Shown piece after piece: positions 10,226 through 21,165 of a stretch of 64,000 nucleotides of DNA. The notes under the pieces are model-generated. The model did no database searches. It saw only the letters and a list, made by a program, of their open reading frames with translations, and was not told where the DNA came from. Within the stretch, counting starts at the first letter, position 1, and every line of letters begins with the position of its first letter. The stretch is from Sedimentisphaerales bacterium (GTDB taxonomy: Bacteria; Planctomycetota; Phycisphaerae; Sedimentisphaerales; SM23-30): assembly GCA_963666285.1 (NCBI GenBank), contig OY762711.1; one strand, 5' to 3'. The position numbers and the translations under genes were made by a program.

Positions 10226-11301
10226 GATTCCGTTTTTAAAGTTAACTTTTTAACAATGTTGATTGATATAGCGGTAACAAACGAGCCAATAACAATAGCA
10301 AGAATGTACATTATGCGATTATCAATCACCAACAATACTATAGGTCCACCGTGTGGTGCGTGGTTTCCAACACTGCCAAGCATGGCTGTAACAGAGGCTG
10401 CCATTGAACCAATGATAATACAAGGTATGACTTTTATTGGGTCAGCAGCTGCAAAGGGGATAGCGCCTTCTGTAATGCCGATCATCCCCATACCAAACGC
10501 GGCAATACCGCTTTCACGCTGCTCTTCTGTCCAGAGTTTTTTCTGCAGCATAGTTGCCAGACCCAGTCCAAGCGGAGGGGTACAGATAGCTGCAGCTACA
10601 GCGCCCATGATCTGGTAATTGCCCTGGTTAATCATAGAAGCACCAAAGAAAAATGCAGCTTTATTTACCGGTCCGCCCATGTCAAAAGCTATCATAGCGC
10701 CAAGAGCCATAGCAAGCACAATAGCACTGGAATTTTGCATTTCAGAAAGACATCCTTGAAGACTAACCATTATCTGAGCAACTGGCATACTGACAAATAT
10801 CATCAATGTTCCAACGATAACAGCTGAAACTATAGGAATGATTAAAATAGGCATGATTGGCCTTATCATTTTATGAACAGGCCACTTCTTGATCCAGTTT
10901 ACTATGTGACCAGCTACAATACCGGCTAGCAGTGCACCAAGAAAACCGGCGTTTGCTGATTGGTCGCCAATTTTTTGAGGTAAATCTGCAAAATAGCCTC
11001 CAATGAAACCGGCAACAAGGCCAGGTTTACCAGCCATTGCATAAGCGATGTAGCCGGCCAGTATAGGAAGCATAAGTTTAAAAGCTGAGGATCCTATTGT
11101 TAAAAGATGGCTAAGGATTTGTATTTTTGTTTTCATGAATTGTGAATAATCATCATGAATCGAAAAATCAGGACCACCTTCTCCCATGGGGGCAAAGCCA
11201 ATTGCAAATGCAATCAATATACCGCCGCAAGCAATAAACGGTATGGCGAAAGATACACCGCTTAGCAAATATTGTTTGTGTTTATCTATGATTGCTTTCA
11301 T
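10222..11301 (-). CDS. PTS fructose-family EIIC
   Basis: LSGVSFAIPF..GGILIA, FDMGGPVNK, GITEGAIPFAAADP, APHGG. Start uncertain (11301 ATG versus 11346). Confidence 0.9.
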   Translation of the reverse strand: MKAIIDKHKQYLLSGVSFAIPFIACGGILIAFAIGFAPMGEGGPDFSIHDDYSQFMKTKIQILSHLLTIGSSAFKLMLPILAGYIAYAMAGKPGLVAGFIGGYFADLPQKIGDQSANAGFLGALLAGIVAGHIVNWIKKWPVHKMIRPIMPILIIPIVSAVIVGTLMIFVSMPVAQIMVSLQGCLSEMQNSSAIVLAMALGAMIAFDMGGPVNKAAFFFGASMINQGNYQIMGAVAAAICTPPLGLGLATMLQKKLWTEEQRESGIAAFGMGMIGITEGAIPFAAADPIKVIPCIIIGSMAASVTAMLGSVGNHAPHGGPIVLLVIDNRIMYILAIVIGSFVTAISINIVKKLTLKTES

Positions 11302-11561
11302 ATTTATCAGGATAAGAAGAAGTAATAAAAATGTAATAATATCCAATGTTTATAGCTATATTATATATAAGTGTTGATTGGCGACCAATAGGAATAAAGA
11401 ACCAAATGTAGTACAATTATCGCATGGAAGTGGCGGGTGAGTGGTGTTTTGTGCTATGCGGTAAAAAAATATTTATATCTAAATGTAGTTAATGTAGATG
11501 TTTATATTTTTTGTGAAATAATCTACTTTGAAATGAAATGTGATTTTAGTAACATGTAATC

Positions 11562-12398
11562 GTGGAAGCAACGCAAAAGATATTGAAAAGTCTTAATCAG
11601 TTCATTGAAACAAACAGTATTGAAGACGTCTTTTTTGCCGGCAATCGGTTTCCAGCCCCTATGTTTGCCTTTGCCGTGCATTTTCCCCGTCTTTCTGTGC
11701 CGTTGGAAGGTGAGTATCGCACTCAGATTGAGCAGGGAAACGAGATAGTCGATTTAGAGTTAGCTCCCGGTAAAGCTGTTTTTATACCTCCTAACTGTTG
11801 GGATAAGCCTGATATGGCTTCAAAATCGCAAACTCTCCATTTTCTTTTTGGTGTCAGGCAGACCGGAATAAGCCTGGTTTCTTCACAGGAAGATGTCAAA
11901 GCCGAAAAAATTGCTGTACAGAGGGTAATTACCGAGCCTGAGCAGCGTATTCTGGATATTATTCTGGATTTTAATCGCAGGAAAATTGATTATCCGGCTT
12001 TTGGTCATTTGATTACTTCTCTGCTGGCATGCTTTATCAAAAGGCTGGAAGAGTACGACAAGCCGGTTAAATCTCATTCAAAGTATTTATTCCAGGAAAT
12101 ATGCACTTATATTCAGGAAAATTTTCAGAATGACATCTCACGGTCTTCGGTAGCAGAGGTTTTTGATATAACACCAAACCACCTGTCACGGGTTTTCAGG
12201 AACGAAGGTTATATGAAGTTCTGTGACTATGTTAATTATGTACGAATTAACAGGGCAAAGTTTCTATTACAAAATTATGATTTGCCATTATATCAGATAG
12301 CGAGCAGGTGTGGATATAACGATGTGGTTTATTTCTGCAGGATTTTTAAAAAAATCACCAAGAAGACTGCCAAGGAATATCGGGCAGGTCTTAATTAA
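11562..12398 (+). CDS. AraC-family regulator (YijO/YpdC-like), divergent from the PTS genes
   Basis: HFPRLSVPLEG N-terminal motif; C-terminal HLSRVF..IASRCGY..YFCRIFKK AraC HTH. Confidence 0.88.
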   Translation: MEATQKILKSLNQFIETNSIEDVFFAGNRFPAPMFAFAVHFPRLSVPLEGEYRTQIEQGNEIVDLELAPGKAVFIPPNCWDKPDMASKSQTLHFLFGVRQTGISLVSSQEDVKAEKIAVQRVITEPEQRILDIILDFNRRKIDYPAFGHLITSLLACFIKRLEEYDKPVKSHSKYLFQEICTYIQENFQNDISRSSVAEVFDITPNHLSRVFRNEGYMKFCDYVNYVRINRAKFLLQNYDLPLYQIASRCGYNDVVYFCRIFKKITKKTAKEYRAGLN

Positions 12399-12706
12399 GC
12401 TTTGCTTACATAGTACATCAAGTTACTTTTCATAAGAGGTCAGGATATTTCATTTGCAGTTAGATAGTTTTTCCTATGGCGTAATATGGCTATAAGTGGC
12501 AAGTTTCCGGTTGGGGACAAGTAATGTTTAGTGTAAAATATTATTTTTAACTTATTGCTATGTAATGCTTTGTGGATTTAATTGTAAATTTTTAGTTTAA
12601 AATAATCTATTATCTAACATATATATTGACGATTAACTTTAATAGTATTTTAAGTAGATAATATGTAACCTGACAACATGGTTTTGTAATTTTTAAGCCA
12701 ATAAAG

Positions 12707-13246
12707 ATGCCCATAGAGAATAGTAGAGAAAGTAATCACCATAATGTCGAAGCCTTTGTTTCGCTTTTGACAGATAACCAGGCCAGGATTTATAGTTATG
12801 TCCTGTCATTGGTCCCAAACTTCAATGATGCTGACGATATCCTGCAGGAGACAACTAAGCTGATGTGGGAAAAGTTTGGACAGTATAAGTTTGGAACAGA
12901 TTTTTTGGCATGGGGCAGGCGGATAGCTTATTTTCTGATTTTGGAGTATTATCGAAAGAAAAAGAAAGATAACAGTTTTTATTATGATGAGCAATTGATA
13001 AAAAAACTTGAGAAGAATACAGAGAAATTTTCAGATTCTTCGAAAGAGTATATGCTGCATCTAAACAGTTGTATGAAGAAACTTAAAGAACATGATAGGA
13101 ATCTGTTAAAGTTAAAATATTTTGAAAACAAGAAAGTAAAGGATCTCGCTTCTCGATTTGGATGTTCTGTCCAGTATGTGTACAGGAATTTTTCACGTAT
13201 TCACCAGTTATTATTAGCGTGTATTGAGAGGCAGCTTAAGTACTAG
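12707..13246 (+). CDS. ECF sigma-70 factor (Rhodopirellula/Verrucomicrobium type)
   Basis: DADDILQET..MWEKF..GTDFLAW; region 4 LKY..VY..SRIH. Confidence 0.9.
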   Translation: MPIENSRESNHHNVEAFVSLLTDNQARIYSYVLSLVPNFNDADDILQETTKLMWEKFGQYKFGTDFLAWGRRIAYFLILEYYRKKKKDNSFYYDEQLIKKLEKNTEKFSDSSKEYMLHLNSCMKKLKEHDRNLLKLKYFENKKVKDLASRFGCSVQYVYRNFSRIHQLLLACIERQLKY

Positions 13247-13256
13247 GATTGTGTTT

Positions 13257-14912
13257 ATGTCTTTAGAGCAAAAGACAAAAAAAATAATAATGGATATACT
13301 TGTCATGTCTTTGGAAGGGCAAGCCGGTAAAGAAGATTTAGAAATGCTCAAGAGTATTCTTGACGGTTCTGAAGTTGCGCGTGATTATTATTGTAGAGCT
13401 GTTTCGGTTGCGGAGTATATCAGAAAAAAAGATTGGAAAGCTGACGGAATACAAGAGTCCGGATGCGATAAGATTTTGAGTACTGATTTATGGCATGCTC
13501 TTGCTGGGCAGGAAGAGGATGCTGAATCCATTATTGTTGAGACGCCATGTGTGATAAATTCAAAGGAGGCTGAATGTGGCCTCGGCAAAAGGAATAAGCT
13601 GATATTCAATTCAGCAATACTGGTAACAGCAGCCTGTCTGTTATTTGCATTTGTTCTTTATTTTACGGCAGATGATTTTCAGAAAGATGCGGCAACACTC
13701 GCAGATTGCTATAATGCCAAGTGGGCTGATGGTGGAATTCAGAAAGGTGATCGTATTTTATTTCGTTCCGGCGTACATAGTTTAGAAGAAGGATATGCCA
13801 GTCTTGTATTTGATAATAATGTAAGGGTGGCTTTTGAATCTCCGTGCAGTTTTGAAATTTTATCTGAAGATAGAATTCGGTTAGATTATGGCGTTCTTTA
13901 TTCACGTGTACCGTCAGAATCCATTGGTTTTTCGGTTGTGACTCCTAAGTGTTTGGTTGTCGACCTGGGAACGGAGTTTGGTGTTAAGGTTGAATATGAT
14001 GGCACAACTGAGCTTCACGTTAATCATGGAAAGACAATGCTGCTTGCAGGCAATAAGACCAGTATTGAGGTTTCTGAAGGATATGCCAGGAAAATATATG
14101 ATCCGGGAAGCGTTACAGAGATTCCTTGTGAAAGTGATTATTTTGTAAGAGAGATTAATTCTGAAACCGGTATGATCTGGCGTGGTGATACGCATTTTTC
14201 TCTAGCTGATGTAGTGGGAGGAGGGAATGGCTGGGGAACAGGTAATCAGGAATCAGGCATTGAGCCGACGACTGGAGAGCGTATAAATTATTTGTCTTAT
14301 AATCGAGAGGGAGAAGGAAAATATGTTTCAGTTTCTCCTGATAAATATTCATATATTGATGGAGTTTTTGTTCCTTGTGGTCCTACTCAGATTGTAAGTA
14401 GTCATGGGCATATATTTAGCGATTGTCCGATAACAAATAATATATATTATACTGATATAATATCTGGTGCTGGTAGCGGTATTAATGACTATAACGACAG
14501 GGCGGGCAAATACCTGCTTGGTGGTAAGAGGTATGGTGTTAAAGGAAATCCATCGATATTTATGCATGCTAATTTGGGGATAACTTATGATTTGGATGCA
14601 ATTCGGGCAGATATGCCAATGAATGATATTGTAAGTTTTGTCTCTAGTGCAGGATTGTCTTCTGATTTGCCCAGAATTGGTAATGCGACAGTATGGGTAT
14701 TGATTGATGGTAATGCCAGATTTAAGATGCAGGTGGATCAGCCCGGTGCTGCAGTATCAATTGAAGTTGATATTCATGATACTGACAGGTTTTTATCTCT
14801 TGTCACGACAGATGGTGAGGACCCTGATATGTATGGCGATTCTAATCTCAGGGCTACTGATTCTGACTGGTGTGTTTTTTCCAGCCCGGAACTTATTTTT
14901 TCGGTCAAATGA
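13257..14912 (+). CDS. FecR-like transmembrane anti-sigma factor with C-terminal NPCBM-like domain
   Basis: Single TM (AACLLFAFVLYF), VVDLGTEFGV, MHANLGITYDL..WVLIDG..LSLVTTDG; directly after the ECF gene. Confidence 0.82.
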   Translation: MSLEQKTKKIIMDILVMSLEGQAGKEDLEMLKSILDGSEVARDYYCRAVSVAEYIRKKDWKADGIQESGCDKILSTDLWHALAGQEEDAESIIVETPCVINSKEAECGLGKRNKLIFNSAILVTAACLLFAFVLYFTADDFQKDAATLADCYNAKWADGGIQKGDRILFRSGVHSLEEGYASLVFDNNVRVAFESPCSFEILSEDRIRLDYGVLYSRVPSESIGFSVVTPKCLVVDLGTEFGVKVEYDGTTELHVNHGKTMLLAGNKTSIEVSEGYARKIYDPGSVTEIPCESDYFVREINSETGMIWRGDTHFSLADVVGGGNGWGTGNQESGIEPTTGERINYLSYNREGEGKYVSVSPDKYSYIDGVFVPCGPTQIVSSHGHIFSDCPITNNIYYTDIISGAGSGINDYNDRAGKYLLGGKRYGVKGNPSIFMHANLGITYDLDAIRADMPMNDIVSFVSSAGLSSDLPRIGNATVWVLIDGNARFKMQVDQPGAAVSIEVDIHDTDRFLSLVTTDGEDPDMYGDSNLRATDSDWCVFSSPELIFSVK

Positions 14913-15180
14913 AGTTTATTGAAAAAATACACTAAAAATTGCATTTTTAAAAAAATTATGGTCAAAAAAACACATCTCAGGACACTTAACTACATAAGCA
15001 TTAATTCCATATAATATTATATTTGACATCAAAGTGTAAAAAAATAGTTAAGTAGATTAAGTAGATATTTTTAAAAGAGAAGTAGATAAGTAGATAACTC
15101 ACCGCAAATTATGAGGGCAAAAGAGAATCGTTCTCTACAGGTAAAGGCCCTGGAGATTCACCATTTATAAGGAGAAAGAC

Positions 15181-17568
15181 ATGAAAAAAATTATTTGTTT
15201 GTTTGGTATGTTAGCTATTCAGCTCATGCTGCAAGTTAGCCTTGAAGCAGGAACTGTAGCTTATTGGCGGTTTGAAGATGGTGTCGATTATACCAATCTT
15301 GAGCATACAGCAGATAATGGTGTATATGGTGCTGACGTGGCTGATGTATCGAACAACGGTAATGATTTATCAGTTTGGCAAACTGGCGATGGCGGCGGAT
15401 ATGGATACCGTGCCAACGTTGCAACTGAAAACATACCGTATACAGGTCAGGCTAATACTCTAAGTGTGAAAAACACTGGAGGCGGTCCGGCTATGTGGTG
15501 TGCTACTCAGGCAATGCAGACAATGACGCCTTCTGAATTTACTATCGAAGTTACAACTAAGCTTGAAACTGGCGGCTGGAAAACTATTATTGGTCGTGAC
15601 AGTATTGGTACTGCTACAACTAATAGTGATCTTGCGGCATTATACCTGCAGGTTACTCCTGGTAATGGCTATGCAATAAAGTTTTGTGACGTTTCAGGGT
15701 ACTGGCATGACGCGACTTCTGCAGATGGTTTACATGCCGGTTTTGATTATGGCTCAGATCCTGATGGCAATCTTGCACCATGGACAACTCTGGCAGCGGT
15801 TTCAGATGGTTCAACCCTGTCGCTTTACATGCTTCAGCATGGCAGAGACAATGGATATACCCTGATTGCACAGACAGACCTTTTAGTTGGTGGCAGCCCA
15901 GATACAAGATTGACAGCCGGAGCTGGTGATGGCGGAGACTGGGATGCGGGTAGCTGGACGGTAGGTCGTGGCCTTTACGGTGGAGGTCATGAAGACCGTG
16001 CTTATGGTTATGTTGATGAAGTTCGCATCAGCGATACTGCTTTGGCTCCAACAGAATTTCTTTATGGCCCAGATCCATATTACCCTGAAGTAGCTCAAGT
16101 TGCAGATACTGTAAATGGTGATGTAGATGTTGCATTCAGCTGGCAGGCAGCCAGTGATCCAAATGTTGCAACAACCGGTAATGCTGTACTCGACAAGATT
16201 GTTGATCAGTATGTATTTGTAAGAGACACATCTTCAGAAGACACTGCTTTCTACTATGTTGGTTCTGCCGGTGATCCTGGTACTGTTGATCCTGAATCTG
16301 CACTTACGGCAAATCTTGCTTTTGATGCTTACTACGAATGGGTAGTATTTGAATCATTTGAGTTATTGACCCTGACTGAATCCAGTACTTTGGATGATGT
16401 TGCTTCAGGTCTTACCGGTCCGGTTTGGTCTTTCCAGGCACTGTATTCTATTCCTGTAATTGCATCTCAGCCGGCTGATATGCTGATGGCAGCAGGTGAA
16501 GGTCCTGATTCTTTGAGTATCGAAGTTGAAAGCCTTAGTGATAATATTTCATATTCATGGTACAAGACAGATAGTCTGAGTAATGACAATGCTAATGGTA
16601 CCGATACTCTTGTATATAGTGTGGAAAATACTGATTCAAGAACGAACAGCCTGGTAATTAATGATCTTAGTGCATCAAACGATGGCTTCTACTACTGTGT
16701 TGTTACTAATGACAGTGGTGTTGATGTTGTTTCTGATGTTGCTATGCTGGAAGTAGAAAGACTGGTTGCTTATTATGAATTTGAAGAAAGCATTCTTGAT
16801 TCTGAAAATGATAATGACGGCTGGTTAAGTGTTGGTGATCCTAATCAGACTATTGCCTATTCTGCTGGTAAAGTTGGTATGGGTGCAAGTCTTAACGGAG
16901 TGGATACTTCTGTTTCAGTTCCACGTACGCTAACAAACAGTATGACAATTGAATTCTGGGTAAAGACAACTCAAGTTGGTACTGTTGGAAACGGCTGGTT
17001 TGATGGTATTGGTCTTGTTGACGCTGAAGTATCCGGTTATAATAGAGCTGATTTTGGTGTATCTCTTCGTGGCGGTAAGGTGACATTTGGTGTCAGCAGT
17101 CTGGCTGGTCCATACACTAGCCTTGATTCAGTAAGTGCCGTTAATGACGGCATCTGGCACTATTGTGCGGTAACTCGTGATGCTGATACCGGGGAGATCA
17201 AGGTTTATGTTGATGGTATTCATGAGTCAACCGCAACAGCTCCTCTTGGCAGAGAAGTTACCCCGACATCAATACGTATAGGTGCTATTGGTGTGGATGG
17301 TGTTACTGCGGATGGAACTGTAATTGAAACCGGTATTTCACGTAACCTGCTTGGCGAAATTGACGAAGTTAAACTTTACAATTATGCTTTGGATGAGTTG
17401 GCTATTGCAGGCAACTATGTTGCAGTTGAAGGCGGCAATGTGTGTGTTGCTTCAATGCGTCCTGAAAGCAAGTATGATTTAAATGGTGACTGTAAAGTTG
17501 ACCTGGAAGATTTTGCTGATTTTGCATCTGGCTGGCTGACATGCGGTTACTATCCTGTATGTGAATAA
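15181..17568 (+). CDS. Secreted LamG/Ig-like protein with dockerin-like C-terminus
   Basis: Signal peptide; two LamG-like domains (VAYWRFE..GYVDEVRIS; DGIWHYCAVT..GEIDEVKLY); Ig (YSWYK..GFYYCVV); DLNGDCKVDLEDFADFASGWL. Confidence 0.8.
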   Translation: MKKIICLFGMLAIQLMLQVSLEAGTVAYWRFEDGVDYTNLEHTADNGVYGADVADVSNNGNDLSVWQTGDGGGYGYRANVATENIPYTGQANTLSVKNTGGGPAMWCATQAMQTMTPSEFTIEVTTKLETGGWKTIIGRDSIGTATTNSDLAALYLQVTPGNGYAIKFCDVSGYWHDATSADGLHAGFDYGSDPDGNLAPWTTLAAVSDGSTLSLYMLQHGRDNGYTLIAQTDLLVGGSPDTRLTAGAGDGGDWDAGSWTVGRGLYGGGHEDRAYGYVDEVRISDTALAPTEFLYGPDPYYPEVAQVADTVNGDVDVAFSWQAASDPNVATTGNAVLDKIVDQYVFVRDTSSEDTAFYYVGSAGDPGTVDPESALTANLAFDAYYEWVVFESFELLTLTESSTLDDVASGLTGPVWSFQALYSIPVIASQPADMLMAAGEGPDSLSIEVESLSDNISYSWYKTDSLSNDNANGTDTLVYSVENTDSRTNSLVINDLSASNDGFYYCVVTNDSGVDVVSDVAMLEVERLVAYYEFEESILDSENDNDGWLSVGDPNQTIAYSAGKVGMGASLNGVDTSVSVPRTLTNSMTIEFWVKTTQVGTVGNGWFDGIGLVDAEVSGYNRADFGVSLRGGKVTFGVSSLAGPYTSLDSVSAVNDGIWHYCAVTRDADTGEIKVYVDGIHESTATAPLGREVTPTSIRIGAIGVDGVTADGTVIETGISRNLLGEIDEVKLYNYALDELAIAGNYVAVEGGNVCVASMRPESKYDLNGDCKVDLEDFADFASGWLTCGYYPVCE

Positions 17569-17600
17569 TCCAATTATCAATTTTATATTTAATCTATACC

Positions 17601-17634
17601 CAGATGGAGGGACTTGTGCCCTCCATCTGTTTAT
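17601..17634 (+). terminator. Intrinsic terminator-like hairpin
   Basis: CAGATGGAGGG-acttgtg-CCCTCCATCTG then TTTAT. Confidence 0.65.
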
Positions 17635-18206
17635 ATAGAAAGCAAATGAGAGTGGTGAGTCGAAATGATACAAATCTTTGGTTTATATAGGTATAAAGTG
17701 AATATCTGTTCTAGTGGCAATTGCGATTAAGCCTCAAAACATGAGCAATTGAATGTCTTTGGAGAGCAATTCTCCAAAATACAGCAAGCTGCTGTTTTTA
17801 CAGGAGTTCGATAAGGTCAAATATGTAAGCATAGTGATATTTTTCAAATCTAATCATTGAATATTTCATAGAGTCTGCTTATAATTACTTATCGATACTT
17901 TGGATGGACAGGTGAAAATTTTATCCTGGCTGTGCATAGCTAAAAAGTTGTGATCTGGCATATTGCCAGAGGATATAATAATTTCTGTTTTTTTTAATAA
18001 TATTCTCTTAAACACAGGATTTTATTTTCTGAAAATTTAATTTAATATCAGTATGAATTTCACAGTTCTATATTTTCTGACAGTTAATAACTTCTGGTAT
18101 GGAAAGAGAAAAGGATTTTGTAGTTTAATATTGTTTTAAGTTTTTTATTGTCTAGTGAAGATTGTTGTACGCAGCATGGATTCACAAAATATTATTGGAG
18201 ACTAAT

Positions 18207-20813
18207 ATGAAGTTAAAAAGTATTGTAAAGTTGATTCTTTGTGCTTGTGTTGCCGGATTGACTATTTCCGGGCCGGTTTCTGCTGTGACTGAAACTATTA
18301 CACCGCCTGCGATTCCGCTGGTGGCTTGTGACCCATATTTTAGTATCTGGTCAAATACCGATGCTCTTAATGAAGGTGTAACAAGGCACTGGACAGGAAG
18401 GCCGCATCCGATTACATCATTAGTAAGTGTTGATGGCAAAGCTTTTCGCCTTATGGGTGAAAAGCCGTCTGCATTAGATGCCATGAAACAGGTTGCAGTT
18501 GAAGTTCTTCCAACGCAGACTATTTACACCTTTGAAGGTGCCGGTGTAAGCGTCAAGATGACTTTTCTTCAGGCTGCATTACCGGATGATATTGATCTGA
18601 TGAGTCGACCTGTTGTGTATCTTACCTGGGATATAAGCTCTCTGGATAAGAAAAAGCATCAGGTTTCGGTTTATTTTGATGCAGCAATGGATCTGGTTGT
18701 AAACGATCAGGCTCAGCGTGTATCATGGGGCGAAGAAAAAATTTGGGGGATGAAAACCTTAAAAGCTGGTTCTGTAAGTCAGAATATTCTTGGCCGAAAA
18801 GGTGATAATGTTCGTATCGACTGGGGTTATTTCTATCTTTCATCAGCTAATAATCAAAAAGCAGACGCTACAATAGCCAGACCGGAAACATGTCGTGACA
18901 GTTTTGTTAGCGGTTCTGATATGCCGGAGCAGATTTCTTATATTGAAGAGTGTACAGTTGAAGATGACAGCTGTCCGGTAATGGCAATGCAGTTTAGCAG
19001 AAAAGTAAAGTCTTCCGGTACTCAGTCCTGCCAGGTCATATTGGCCTATGATGATCTTGAGTCTGTATTATATTTTGGCCAGAATCTTTCTGCGTACTGG
19101 AAAAAAGATGGAAAAACAATAGATAAGGTTATCAGAGAAGCGTCAAAGGACTACAGGTCAATAGCTCGTCGCTGTGCTGCATTTGATGCCGAACTTATTG
19201 AAGATTTGAAAGCTGCAGGGGGCGATGATTATGTTATTATTGGTAACCTGGCATATCGTCAGGCTTTAGCTGCCAATAAGATTGTTGCAGATAAAAAAGG
19301 CATGCCTCTGATGTTCAGCAAGGAAAACTTCAGTAACGGCTGTATGGGGACTGTAGATGTATTCTATCCATTTGCACCTCAGGTGCTGCTGCTGAACCCA
19401 ACTCTGGCTAAGGCTTCATTTGTGCCAATTCTGGAATATGGTCGCTCTGAACGCTGGAGGTTTCCATTTGCTCCACATGATATTGGTACTTATCCTCATG
19501 CTATGGGTCAGGTATACGGTGGTGGAGAACGCACTGAAGATAACCAGATGCCGGTTGAAGAATGCGGCAATATGATCCTGCTGGTTGGTGCTGTTGTTCA
19601 GGCTGAAAATGATATCAAATTTGCCCGTCAGTACTGGGATGTTTTGACCGTTTGGGCAGAATACCTGAAGAGCAAAGGATTGGATCCGGAAAATCAGCTC
19701 TGTACTGACGATTTTGCCGGTCATCTTGCTCACAATGTAAACCTTTCCGTTAAAGCTATTGTTGCCCTTGGTGCTTATGCCAAGATGGCTGTTATGATGG
19801 GTGAAACTGAAACCGCAAAATCTTACCGCAACACAGCAGAACAATACACAAAACAGTGGATGGAAATGGCTGATGATGGTGATCATTACCGTTTGGCTTT
19901 TGATAAGCCGGGTACTTGGAGCCAGAAATACAATCTGGTTTGGGATCGGCTGTTAGGGCTTAAACTGTTTCCGGAATCTGTTGCCAAAAAGGAAATGGCT
20001 TATTATAGAAAAGTTCAGAATGAGTACGGTCTGCCTCTGGACAACCGCAGCAAGTACACAAAACTTGACTGGATCATCTGGACCGCTTCAATTACCGGTA
20101 ATAAAGATGACTTTGAAGCATTAGCAGCTCCGATTGTTAAATTTCTTGATAAAACTCCTGACAGGGTGCCTATGACTGACTGGTACTGGACTCATGATGC
20201 AAGACATCGCGGTTTCCAGGCTCGTCCGGTTGTCGGTGGTGTATTTATTCGTCTTATGGATAATGCTAAAGTCTGGAATAAATGGGTTAAACGTGCTGAT
20301 TCTGTTGACGGTACATGGGCTAAGCTGCCAAAACCTCCAAAGATAGTTGATATAGTTCCTATGTCAATTGATGAACATTATGACTGGTTCTATACTTTTG
20401 ATGCTCCAAAAGATAACAACTGGTTTGCTGCAGATTTTGATCCGGCAGCTGCCGGATGGAAAACCGGTAAGGCTGGTTTTGGTACCAATGGAACTCCTGG
20501 TGCCTACCTTGGTACTGAATGGAACTCATCGGATATCTGGGTTACCAGGAAATTTGAACTTGGCAAGCTGGCTTGTCGTCCAATGCTGCTGGCTCACCAT
20601 GATGAAGATGCAGAAGTTTACATAAACGGTATTTTAGCTGCAAAACTGCTTGGATTCACCGGTTCTGGGCAACCGTTTAAGCTAACAGATAAAGCGTACA
20701 AGTCTTTGAAAGAAGGTACTAATACGATTTCAATTCATTGTCATCAGACAACCGGCGGACAGTATATTGATGCCGGTTTAGTTGAAGTTATTCCTCAAAA
20801 GCAGGATGATTAG
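18207..20813 (+). CDS. DUF5127/DUF4965/DUF1793 'glutaminase A-like' protein with C-terminal sugar-binding-like domain
   Basis: PAIPLVACDPYFSIWS, IDWGY, SKENFSNGCMGTVDV, MPVEECGNM, QLCTDDFAG, WSQKYNLVWD, RPVVGG. Start at MKLK (GGAG upstream). Confidence 0.82.
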   Translation: MKLKSIVKLILCACVAGLTISGPVSAVTETITPPAIPLVACDPYFSIWSNTDALNEGVTRHWTGRPHPITSLVSVDGKAFRLMGEKPSALDAMKQVAVEVLPTQTIYTFEGAGVSVKMTFLQAALPDDIDLMSRPVVYLTWDISSLDKKKHQVSVYFDAAMDLVVNDQAQRVSWGEEKIWGMKTLKAGSVSQNILGRKGDNVRIDWGYFYLSSANNQKADATIARPETCRDSFVSGSDMPEQISYIEECTVEDDSCPVMAMQFSRKVKSSGTQSCQVILAYDDLESVLYFGQNLSAYWKKDGKTIDKVIREASKDYRSIARRCAAFDAELIEDLKAAGGDDYVIIGNLAYRQALAANKIVADKKGMPLMFSKENFSNGCMGTVDVFYPFAPQVLLLNPTLAKASFVPILEYGRSERWRFPFAPHDIGTYPHAMGQVYGGGERTEDNQMPVEECGNMILLVGAVVQAENDIKFARQYWDVLTVWAEYLKSKGLDPENQLCTDDFAGHLAHNVNLSVKAIVALGAYAKMAVMMGETETAKSYRNTAEQYTKQWMEMADDGDHYRLAFDKPGTWSQKYNLVWDRLLGLKLFPESVAKKEMAYYRKVQNEYGLPLDNRSKYTKLDWIIWTASITGNKDDFEALAAPIVKFLDKTPDRVPMTDWYWTHDARHRGFQARPVVGGVFIRLMDNAKVWNKWVKRADSVDGTWAKLPKPPKIVDIVPMSIDEHYDWFYTFDAPKDNNWFAADFDPAAAGWKTGKAGFGTNGTPGAYLGTEWNSSDIWVTRKFELGKLACRPMLLAHHDEDAEVYINGILAAKLLGFTGSGQPFKLTDKAYKSLKEGTNTISIHCHQTTGGQYIDAGLVEVIPQKQDD

Positions 20814-20898
20814 AATAATCTGCTTTGAGGTTTGTCAGGAATGATTGAATCGTTAAGGCGATATTACTGAATGATAAGTTAATATAGTTAAAAAAGCA

Positions 20899-20943
20899 TA
20901 AGGGTGGACTTTCTGATATTGCAGATCGTCCGCCCTTAATTTG
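20899..20943. terminator. Hairpin after the DUF4965 gene
   Basis: TAAGGGTGGAC..TCTG..CAGA..GTCCGCCCTTA flanked by A- and T-rich sequence. Confidence 0.5.
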
Positions 20944-21165
20944 TTAAATTATCCTAACAAGAAACAAGTAAAAAAACGTATATATACATTATGTAATAGT
21001 TTATGCTGGAGGAAGTAACTGATATCTAGTAAACAATTAAACTGTATGAAAAAAGCAGATTATGTTGGCAAAAGAATTTATTGAGCTGATACGGATGAAT
21101 TAAAACCATAAGTAGTGTAATTTTAGTGAAAGTTGCAGTAAGAAGAATTAGATTAGGAGTCTAAA

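Noticed and set aside
15113..15160. GGGCAAA plus stem resembling a c-di-GMP-I riboswitch
   Set aside because: No GNRA tetraloop, no ACGCAAA junction and no convincing second stem.
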